DNA of 63,742 bases, counting the filler, from Rhabdomonas costata (taxonomy: Eukaryota): assembly GCA_019059605.1 (NCBI GenBank). It is 37 parts of 37 records of this genome, joined end to end, with 100 filler letters (N's around TTAATTAATTAA, not from the genome) between each part and the next. Parts side by side here need not be neighbours in the genome. Positions count along the whole stretch, not along the records: positions 53,496 to 55,122 come from JAHMHO010011772.1; positions 55,223 to 56,846 come from JAHMHO010011773.1; positions 56,947 to 58,570 come from JAHMHO010011774.1; positions 58,671 to 60,294 come from JAHMHO010011775.1; positions 60,395 to 62,018 come from JAHMHO010011776.1; positions 62,119 to 63,742 come from JAHMHO010011777.1; 31 more parts are not named here. One strand, written 5' to 3'. Both the position numbers and the translations under genes were made by a program. Each line of letters starts with the position of its first letter. The first letter of the stretch is position 1. The notes under the pieces were generated by a model. That model searched no databases. It saw only the letters and a list, made by a program, of their open reading frames with translations, and was not told the origin of the DNA. Below, one piece after another: positions 54,398 through 63,742 of the stretch.

Positions 54398-55122
54398 CGT
54401 CACACCTGGTAGCAGACTAAACAGTTACGACCTACGCCGGTTTCCCCCTTCTCCAAGGCAAGGCGTCGCTAGCCAAGCCGTGGAAAGCAAAGGAAACTTC
54501 GGTTTTGCCCAGAGCGAGGCGTCGTTTGCCAATCCCAGGACGAAACCGAGGTCACTGACAAGCTGTGGGAATATTCTCTTTCCCCCCCAGTGTTTTTTCT
54601 GTGAAGCAGGACAGTGTTCATAGCCATAGTCCCCCCCTGCAGTTTCTGTTCTTCATATCGGGACAGGTGAAACAACAGAACCTTCCCGTCACACGAATTA
54701 GGGATTGGGCCGCTCCCCTTCCCTTATTTCGTTGCGAAAGAAGCCCTCGGCTTAATTTGGTTAGGGTCGCTCCCTTTCCCACCTAACTGGTGATTACCAA
54801 GGCTAATTGCAATCAATGAGTGGACCACCTCAGCCAGGAGGGACCGTTTCCCTCACCCCTGAGCTGCTCGCTCAGATCATCGCGCCAGCAACGGCCGCTC
54901 CGTTGCAAGCAATGCCGCGAATGCAAGTTGAGATGCTTGCGGCGCAGCAGATGTTTTCCGAGCGCAGTGCCCAAGCCCAGCAGCATCTCATCGAGCAGTT
55001 GGCAACCTCATCACAGGCAGACCCGCTCAGGAAGTTGATGGAGAAAGACCCTCAGTTCCCTTCCTACACAGGCAACACAGATCACTTCCTGCCTTGTATG
55101 CTGGAGTTCCAGATCAGGAAAG
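54398..55122 (+). mobile_element. Putative LTR-retrotransposon 5' end: LTR-like segment, TGG-starting PBS-like site at 54788, gag-like ORF from 54816
   Basis: Segment starts CGTCACA (one change from TGTCACA); TGGTG follows its end; the intron-less ORF has a Q/A-rich helix and then PQFPSYTG...F, similar to gag P.F.G motifs. No second LTR or pol is visible. Confidence 0.4.
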
Positions 55123-58100
55123 NNNNNNNNNNNNNNNNNNNNNNNNNNNNNNNNNNNNNNNNNNNNTTAATTAATTAANNNNNNNNNNNNNNNNNNNNNN
55201 NNNNNNNNNNNNNNNNNNNNNNTGTGTGGTGTGTTTGGTGTTTTTTTGTGTTGGGTGTATTTGTGCCCCAGCAGGTCCTGCAGCTCTAGTATTTTGGAGG
55301 GTCCTTCCGGCTATTAACCGTAAATGTGTGAAGCCAGAGCGGGGTGTGTAGGGGTCTTTTCGAGGCCCTGCTGCTGCTTTTACCCTGCGCGTGGTCTGAG
55401 AATGACTCGGGCTGTTCTCCTCTGGCCCCTCTCATTTTGCAGCGCGCATGGTCTTTCTGTATGCCTTTCTTTTGTGTCGTGCGTTCTCGTGCGACCTGCA
55501 CTGGTGTGTTGTTGTTGCTGTTGATGCGCACGGGGGGGGGGTCATGTATGTGTGGTGCTCGTGCTGGGCTCCCTTCCATGGGTGTGCAGTTGTGCCCTTT
55601 GGAAGGGAAGCCTGTTACGTCGTCGTAGCGATTGTAACCTAGTGCCGTATTCACTCCCCTCGTACCCGTACCTCCCTCCCCTCTTTGTGAGGTAGCCCTC
55701 TGCCTGTCAGGTCTCTGCAGGTCAACTTTGCGTTTTTTCTTCGGAGTGGGCAAGCTCACCTTTTGGGGGGCCTTTTGCCCCTCAGCAACACTCACATGAG
55801 TCACCACACACGAGCAACGAAAACCCTGACCACAACCCGATCTCCTTCTTGCACACTCTATCTCTTTTTGACTTTGACCATCGAGATAGAGCGAGAGTCT
55901 GATTGTCCTTCTACCAATTATATACAAACAAATATACAAACAAAATTGCTGACCTCCCGAGTTTACCCAGAGATGCTCATATTGCATCAGCTCCGTACTT
56001 TTTTTTTGCGGCGCTCTGAGCTTCACTGGCTTCTGTTGGATGCGCCACACTGACACAGTTTCCTGTGCCTTGGAGTTTTTTGTTGTGTGAAACACGGCAC
56101 TGCCGCAGCAGATGTCTTCGCACTGCGCAGCTGTTCACTGGGAATCAAAGGATGTTCGCTGCCTGTGTTCCTCTGCGGTGTGTCTGTATCTGTGAAGTAC
56201 TCTCTCGTATCCTGTGTCCTTGTTCTTTGTGGGCTCTTTTGGATGGCGGTGGATCAAACTGAACACTCTGTTTCTGTGTGTTTGTTCTTGGTCTTGGCCA
56301 CCTTTGAATGTGCTCGTTGCTTGGCACTGCTGTATTGGTGATTTGAAAGGCCATCGTAATTGGCGTGGCTCTCAGCAACCCTTTTTATGGCGCCATACTG
56401 CCATAAAAGTGGTTCGGTAGCGCTCTGGCATGGTGATATGAATTCCTTTTTTTACCATGGGCAGGATCAACTCCCCATGGGCAGAATCAAGCCAGAGTCA
56501 TGTTCTCTTTCGCGAATTGGAGAAGTGAGCGGGTATTACCGTTTAGCAGTGCTTAATATTTTAACACACAACGCCCAAGAATGCAATAGCTCCCGGCCGG
56601 TGAGAGGTCATCGTGAAATAGCTGAAAATGCCCCTTTCATGACTTTTCCCAGCCAAGCTTCCCATAGGACCAGCTACCGCCTTAGGGAGCCCATACAATG
56701 CAGAGGGCTTTTGCATTTCTCATTGGAGTATACATTTTTCTTTGGAGTTCAGTGCATACCGAATGTGATATCTAAATTGTCTCTCTCTCTTACACAATTG
56801 GAATACCCGAATATCGCTCACAATCGGTTTGCACTGAACACCAAAANNNNNNNNNNNNNNNNNNNNNNNNNNNNNNNNNNNNNNNNNNNNTTAATTAATT
56901 AANNNNNNNNNNNNNNNNNNNNNNNNNNNNNNNNNNNNNNNNNNNNCCGTGGAGAGGTTGATGTGAGGCATCCGCTCGGACTCCGCCTCGGAGTCGGCCA
57001 TAGTCTGTGGCAAAAAATCAGTGGGTGGGGAATGGGAAATCCTAAACGGCAAGTGATACGCGGTCTTGGCGTGAGAGGCCTGCGGATTTCATGAATTTGA
57101 ACAATATGGAAATATTGACCAGGAGCCTCTCCCTTGCCTTCTGGGTATTTTGCCTGCAATCTTCAACAGCATCTTCTAGTCACGGGAGAACTGTGTGCGG
57201 TCCCCACACACTCCAAGAGAGAACCACTCTTGTGAGTTCTTTATTGCTACCCAACACGGCTGCTCCCCGCGTTTCTCATATTTTTATTTGGGGGTATTCT
57301 TGGGTCAAGGAGCGGTGTGCCGATTCAATTTTTGGCTCCTTGAGTCTCACACACATACACACACACCTTGGGCCGGTTCATGGAACACTCCAAGTGAAAC
57401 CTCCGTCCGTACCACCGCGCAATGGGTTCGGGCTTCACAGCAGGCAGCCCCTGCTGCTCGTCCAGGCCATGATGGGGCCTCGGGCGGGCTGCAGGGATTC
57501 CTTTGGGGTGGGCCGGAAGAACTCCGCCGCTGAGCTCGGCCCAGGGGAACGCGACGGGCTCTGCCGAGGCCACGGGGCTCCACAGCCGCAGCGCCCGCTT
57601 AGGAGGGCTGACGTCCTTCTCCACGAGCTGCTTTACAAGCAGCTCTCGGCGGTCGCGGAGTAGGCCGCTCCGGGTGCGCCCCGTGGAGATGGGAGGGGTG
57701 GAGAAGATGTCCTCCATCGACACCCGCCCGCCAGACACACAACGCACGGGAACGAAGGGCACACAGGGGAGTTGAATAGGGATGCACATGGAAACACCCC
57801 CTCTCTTCCCCAATCTTGTGGGTGATCTAAGCGCGGCCGGAACGGGCGGCTGAGGCGGAATCTAGGGACTCGCGTGAACAACAAAAGCATGCAAGTATGG
57901 GAACCACCTGAGGTGGCGGAGCCTTAAAGACGGGTTTCACTGTTTGGCGCATAACGAAGTTATACCTTCCTATCGTCTACCCCCCCCCCCAAAGTGCCCC
58001 AGACACCAATCATATCAGCTGGACTTTTGTCAGTGGGCGGGCTCACACCCAGTAGGAAAGACGTTAGACAGGGAGTACTGAGACCGACAACCTCACGGCA

Positions 58101-58670
58101 AGGTCACGAACCACTGAGGAAATCGATCTACCACCAACAAGAGCCGAATATCAACTGATTAAGAGTTGGATTGGGCGACGACTTGTTAACGGACGAAAGA
58201 AAGTGGTCATATTACGACTGGAGTCAACAACTTCGTGTCACAGGCCTGTCATGGAAGGAAAAAGAGCTCGCTATAAAGGGGGAAAGTGTAGCTAATCTTT
58301 TTCGTCACCAACTTCTGGAGGAGCCGTTTCCATATGTGTGAAACTACGAACTCAACAAACACACCGAGGTCTCAGTTACAGAGAACTCCAAATTATAACA
58401 CGAGGCAATTCAGACATTGGGCGAGCCTGAAAAGAAAACACAGGCTCTATATGCAGAACACACCAACAAGAAAAAGGTGGGCAAAAGCTAAAGAGAACAA
58501 CAAAAGGAGTAGAACAACGTAAGTGCCTACTAGCGGCACGTCCATTTCAATAATGTAAGCCCAAAAAACANNNNNNNNNNNNNNNNNNNNNNNNNNNNNN
58601 NNNNNNNNNNNNNNTTAATTAATTAANNNNNNNNNNNNNNNNNNNNNNNNNNNNNNNNNNNNNNNNNNNN

Positions 58671-58954
58671 TGTCTGTGTGTGCTGAACCACCGCGGGCTG
58701 GCACCCCGGTTGTACCCCATGCAGTTGTTTCTTCCTCTCACTTTTCTATGTGGATTCAGGAGTTGCAGCAGAAGAAGGAGCTCGTCCACCTCCGCCTGCA
58801 GCCGGGCGTTCGCGGAGTTCAGCTCCGCGCACAGCGCGTCGTAGAGCTCCTTCTTCTGCTGCAACTCCTGAATCCACACAGAAAAGTGAGAGGAAGAAAC
58901 AACTGCATAGGGTACAACCGGGGTGCCAGCCCGCGGTGGTTCAGCACACACAGA
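58671..58954. repeat. Contig-terminal fold-back (~110-bp arms) that interrupts the IFT81 exon
   Basis: 58671-58782 is the near-exact reverse complement of 58843-58954. Confidence 0.92.
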
Positions 58955-59796
58955 CACACAGGGCAGACAGTAGGACGAAAAACAGGAGGGAAAAGCAATA
59001 CTCGGAAGCCAAAGGCTCCGGGCAAGCGACGACCAAGCCGACCCTGCCCGACCCTGCCCAACTACGCTGAAGGCAACAGGGCAGCCTGCCCTTTGACACT
59101 GTTTCTTTTTTTGCCCAGCAGCACCGCCAGATCCGTGACAGCACTCGACACCAAGCGGGACCGGGAGACCTAACGCTGCACCGATCACGCGCCACAAGCC
59201 AAGCCCCAACTCACCAAGGAGCCAACCCATGACAAAGTGGGTGTGCGTGCCCGAAGGTTTGCGAGACGAACGCCACTTTCCAAAGGTGACGGCTGATAAT
59301 GCCTACTACAACAACAGTGCCACGTATCCAAAATCCGGTACCGCAGGCTCGAGGGAGACAGGAGGGGGGAGAGCAGCCCATTTGTAGGGAAGGCATATGC
59401 TGGGTAGTGTGTAATGAAAAATAACGCGCAAAGCAGACCGGATTATTAGGTAGAATGAGTACACAGCGATAATGATGGCTAGCAAAAATATCGAACTCGA
59501 ACATCAGTAGCAGCGGTTTCAAGCGCAACGGTGAATGCCGCAACTAGGTTCATGAGGATTCGGCAGCAAATGAGGGGCAACAAAAGACAAGCATATTTAT
59601 TTGACACTTGACAAGCATCGGTCAATGAGTACGAACCTCGCACACACGTGGCGAGCAACGCAAGTGCGCGTGTGCGTACCCCATCCTGCATGGTGGCATT
59701 CTGTCGGGTGGTGCGTAGCTCTAGAATAAGCGGGGCCAACCGGTTGCGCTTGTTGCGGATGTTGGTGACAAACTCGGACACCACTTGAGTGAGCTC
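58781..59796 (-). CDS. IFT81: Intraflagellar transport protein 81-like coiled-coil region, partial; exons 59796-59680 and 58867-~58781
   Basis: ELTQVVSEFVTNIRNKRNRLAPLILELRTTRQ...|ELQQKKELYDALCAELNSANARLQAEV resembles the IFT81 C-terminal LAP.I.ELR..RQ...KK..YD pattern. Confidence 0.75.
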
Positions 59797-62629
59797 CTGT
59801 GCGAACGGGGAAAGTGATGCGGCCGGACACATTCCATGAATAGCAGAAGGGAACCCTGTTTCGGGGCAGCACAAGCGGACGATGCAAGAAGCTAAGGGGC
59901 GGGCAACCTGGGTCGAGTTGCCAAACGGTGGTGACAACAAACGAACAAATGAATCTTGGCTTTAGTAACCTCCGCAGGAGTTTTTCCGGTTCCGGGGCAT
60001 TCAGTGGACAGGGTTGGCTAAGGTTCAAAGGAAACAAAAGGCCCACGTGATTGCTTGCTTCAGCATCCACGCGGGAGCAGTAACAGCATGAAGTGAGTGC
60101 CAGCCATCAGCCTTCCATCGCTCCCAGGCGAGCTTTTTAACATCACCGGAACCGATCACTTGGGTGAGAGATCGGACTGAGTGGATTTCTGAAAGAAGGG
60201 CCGGGATTTCCGGTGGCTCCACCTCGCCATGGACCAAAAGATTAATCTCGAGGATACGGGCGGCGCTAGGGATAGGGCCAGCCACGGTCTCACCNNNNNN
60301 NNNNNNNNNNNNNNNNNNNNNNNNNNNNNNNNNNNNNNTTAATTAATTAANNNNNNNNNNNNNNNNNNNNNNNNNNNNNNNNNNNNNNNNNNNNGGGGGC
60401 CCGCCACTGCGCAAGGAGGGGGAAAGGGTGGGTGGGAGTGGGGTGGGGTGAATGAAAACTGGAACCCAGGCACCTGGCACCATGGCTGAAAAGCACACTA
60501 GGAGAAGAGAAGAGGACTAGGCAGATGCAAAGTGAAGATGAAGCGTAGGAATGAACGACTCTCCCACTGTCCCACTGTTCCCGTGCTTAATCGATGAAAC
60601 CACAGACTGTTGTGAAGTAGTGTGAGTGCGGCTGTGGATGGGCAAGACGGAGACACTTTAACATAACCTGGTAGACAAGTCTAGCACAAAGAGCCGCATC
60701 GTGAACGCAACAAAAAAACAGGCGCGCAGAAGAGGCGCTTACTCAGCAGCACTCCGCGCTGCGGCGCAATGCGAGCGTCTAAAGCAAAGCAAGCGTGATG
60801 GACGGTTCTCCTAGCTTGTGGCTGTGTTTGTATACCGTGCTCTTGTCGAGTGCAGATGAGAGAGAACGTGGCAGCGCGTGCGAACCTGAGGGTGCGGGTG
60901 CCACTGCCACTGCTCGGGAGCCGCTCACCGAGCCCTTTGGTGAGCCGACAGATTTCGGAGAGTCGGGTGCCCTGACGCAAGCGGGATAACGGGTAGACGG
61001 TGGGCATGCATTCCGAAAGCAGCAGCACGGAAGCTCAGAAACCGGACAAAATGGGTGTGATAAATGAAGGCGCTGTAAAGGAAAGGCAACCATGCGAACG
61101 CAAATATCGGGGTACCCGCGGCTCGCGGATGGTGTGACTGCTTTCTGACTTTCTCCATTCGTCCACACCCCCACCGATTAAACGAATTGTTCACAGCGGC
61201 AATAGGCAAAAGGAGGGAAGGTGAATCAGGGCAGGCACCTCGCCACAGCAGAGCTCCGGGCGGCCGCAATAGTTGGGAGGTGGGTGTTCTCGTCAGAAGG
61301 GCTCTATAATCGATTCAAAACAATAAGCAGGGGAAGAGGATGGGTGGTACAGAAAAACCTCCTGGCGGACAGATATATAAATGAGAACCACATTTTGAGA
61401 GTTGTATTTCATCTCTCAATTATCCACTGAACTCCAGGGATCGGAACCAAGCGCCAATAAAGGTGTCCAACGCACGTCATCCGATTCTTAGGCACATCAT
61501 AACGTCACGCTTGCATTAGGTGCTGAGAAGGCTTTCCCAACCACCACAGCGTTGCACACAGCCTCTTTCACCTGTTCCATTCACACCTGTGGGGTATGCG
61601 CCCGTTGCTTTGCGGCGTCCTTCTCGCGGAGGATGCGAAGAATTTTTTTGTCCACCTCACTCTCCAACGAAACCTCCGCCGCGGCTTGCTGCATCCCCCA
61701 CCCCAAAAAAACATCACAAACACAAACAGTGAAGTTTTGCGCACTGATGGGGAGGGGTGTGATCGTTGGCTTGGCGGTTGACGATGTAACGTGAATTGCG
61801 TTCGTGGAAAATCGACGAGATGCGATTGAAAGCAGGCCCAAGTCAAAAGCAATCGGGGCTGGACATTTTTCTCAAAAACAAGAGAGGTCGTTTGTCTGGA
61901 AGAGATCAGTGGAATGACAGAACGACAACGGCTGCACTGGCGTCCCATAACAGCGGCACACAAAAACAGCAGCGGCGTAATCGGGAGAAGTCTACCAAGA
62001 TAAAGGCACACCCACCCCNNNNNNNNNNNNNNNNNNNNNNNNNNNNNNNNNNNNNNNNNNNNTTAATTAATTAANNNNNNNNNNNNNNNNNNNNNNNNNN
62101 NNNNNNNNNNNNNNNNNNTTTGTGTGTGTGCCAGCGTGAATGCTTGTGATGAAGAGGGCAGAGCTCTAACCCACACCCATCGCAAAGAGAGGAAAACGGA
62201 TGTTGGGCTGCGTGTTTTGTGTCTTCAGGACGGAGAAGAGACAAACATGAAAGACTGAATGGAAAGATGGGATGGAAAGATGGAATGGAAAGATGGAATG
62301 GAAAGCTGTCGCAAACCGCGTTTTTCGGGGTTCTTCACGTGTTTCCCAAAGAACGTACATATGCCGCACTGTACTGACCGGACAGACAGATACTATCTCG
62401 CCTTGCATCGCGTTTTCTTTGCCAATTCGTCTCACCCACGAAACCAGTCTAATGTATTTACTCGAGTCGAGTGCAAAACGCGGTGACGCGGGGCTGATGT
62501 TTCAGTGCTTTGGCTCCTCCACTTCTGCGGTGATATTGTGGAATGTGGTGTGACACATCTGATCGTTGGTCAGAGAACCTGCAAGCCACCGGGTGTCGGT
62601 GCGCGAAAGTCTTGTAAACGATACTATAC

Positions 62630-63555
62630 CCGAGAGAGGGCCCGCAGGGCAGCCACGGTTGCCTTGGGATTGGCTGCCCACCACTGCGGGAGCTGTAGCG
62701 CTGTTATCCCGGCCACTACCCGTAGCCCAGGCTGCGGCGCCTGCGCGGGCGGTGCCGCGGCACCCTCTTCCGTGACAGCTTGCCCTGAAGAGCGATCACG
62801 AAACCCGAAGACAGAAGGTAGAAGAAAAGGAGGCAGAGCCGTGCCTCTGCTTCCACGTTCATCGCCGTAAAAGACGTCACATGGTCGCAACCATTTTGGG
62901 AGCACGTCGGAGCCACAATAAGTAGAACGAGTGGATGCGCTACATTTTGTGACACTTCTTGGCTTAAGGGCTGCCATTTTTGCCCAATATACTGTCTCAA
63001 TTCCCCCAGACTCCTTCCCTTTGAACCCCATCAACGCCGGCTACCATGAAAATTCGTGACGGGTCCTCCTGTTAAGTGTAGCGGGTGCTCCATTCTCTGT
63101 GCATTCGGTGGGGGAAGCGATAGAGGTCGAGGGGAGGAGGGGGGATGATCGCTGCTCAGCTGAGTAGTGCGCTCGTCCTCGCTCCTTTCCCCTTTCCATT
63201 ACGCACGGGTTGCACGCATCATTTAGAGGAAGCTGTATCTTTCCGTCGGAACTGTGCTTCAGTTGTGAATGGGCTGTCCTTTTCGTGGCTCTCGTATATT
63301 TTGCCCCCCCTCTCCCCAAACACATACACAGTTCATTAGCAGTATTCATACAGAAAAATGAGAACGCTGGCTGCACACCCGGCTCGCCAGAAAGGGGGTT
63401 GGGCCCCTGCAGGGGATCGGGCTGAAGCCCATCCCCGCCATCGAAGGGCTGTCCGCAGTACGCCTCGCCTTGCAGCTCGATGAGCGCCTGGAGCTGCGCA
63501 CGGAGCTCATCTGTTTCCGCGTTGGCCCACTCCAGAAGCCCCGGAGGAGAATCGT
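62630..63555 (-). CDS. Probable two-exon fragment of a hypothetical protein (DSPPGLLEWANAETDELRAQL...; GQAVTEEG...LPQWWAANPKATVAALRALSR)
   Basis: GC-rich open frames with CAG/GT borders in compatible phase. No family recognised. Confidence 0.35.
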
Positions 63556-63742
63556 CTGCACATACACACACACACGGCACAAATTAGCAAAAGCAAAGTA
63601 GATGTAGAAGCCGAAAAAAAATAAAGCACCGAAAAGGCCGAGAAAACAGCAACAAAGAAAACAGAAGCACAAGGGATTTTAACTTCAAAAGTAATATCTC
63701 AAAAAGGCTGTGAACGGATCTAGTACACATCCACCCACACAA

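Noticed and set aside
55286-56095. 269-aa ORF, the longest in the ORF track
   Set aside because: No motifs, low-complexity composition and no clear splice context.

Overview
This window is not one continuous locus. It is 37 unrelated contigs of about 1.62 kb each, joined by 36 artificial 100-nt spacers (N44-TTAATTAATTAA-N44), so neighbourhood across spacers means nothing. The DNA is intron-rich eukaryotic nuclear sequence and very probably from a euglenid: the calmodulin C-terminal half matches the Euglena-type sequence as I recall it, there is a euglenozoan-type receptor adenylate cyclase, and many splice donors read GTGTG or GC. Contig ends carry G/T-only heads, A/C-only tails and terminal fold-backs, which points to whole-genome amplification. 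Spliced gene fragments I could reconstruct by hand: a TPP enzyme (ALS/pyruvate oxidase family), a histidine-kinase receiver domain, a SET-MYND protein, a MORN-repeat protein, a DEAD-box-like protein lacking DEAD, chitin synthase, receptor adenylate cyclase, RNA Pol I RPA1, a TDY MAPK, a saccharopine-dehydrogenase-like protein, an EGF-repeat protein, a STE11-like MAP3K, RPL3, calmodulin plus a tandem CaM-like gene, a WD40/coiled-coil protein, IFT81 and a probable LTR/gag start. Best leads: (1) an AT-rich giant-virus-like ORF fused to host sequence; (2) a host-type, intron-containing chitin synthase; (3) a DEAD-to-WQFV pseudo-helicase; (4) about 6 of 27 introns being GC-AG, plus one candidate non-conventional stem-loop intron; (5) an in-frame TAA at a conserved Tyr of RPL3. 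All protein calls come from motif recognition; no database search was run.
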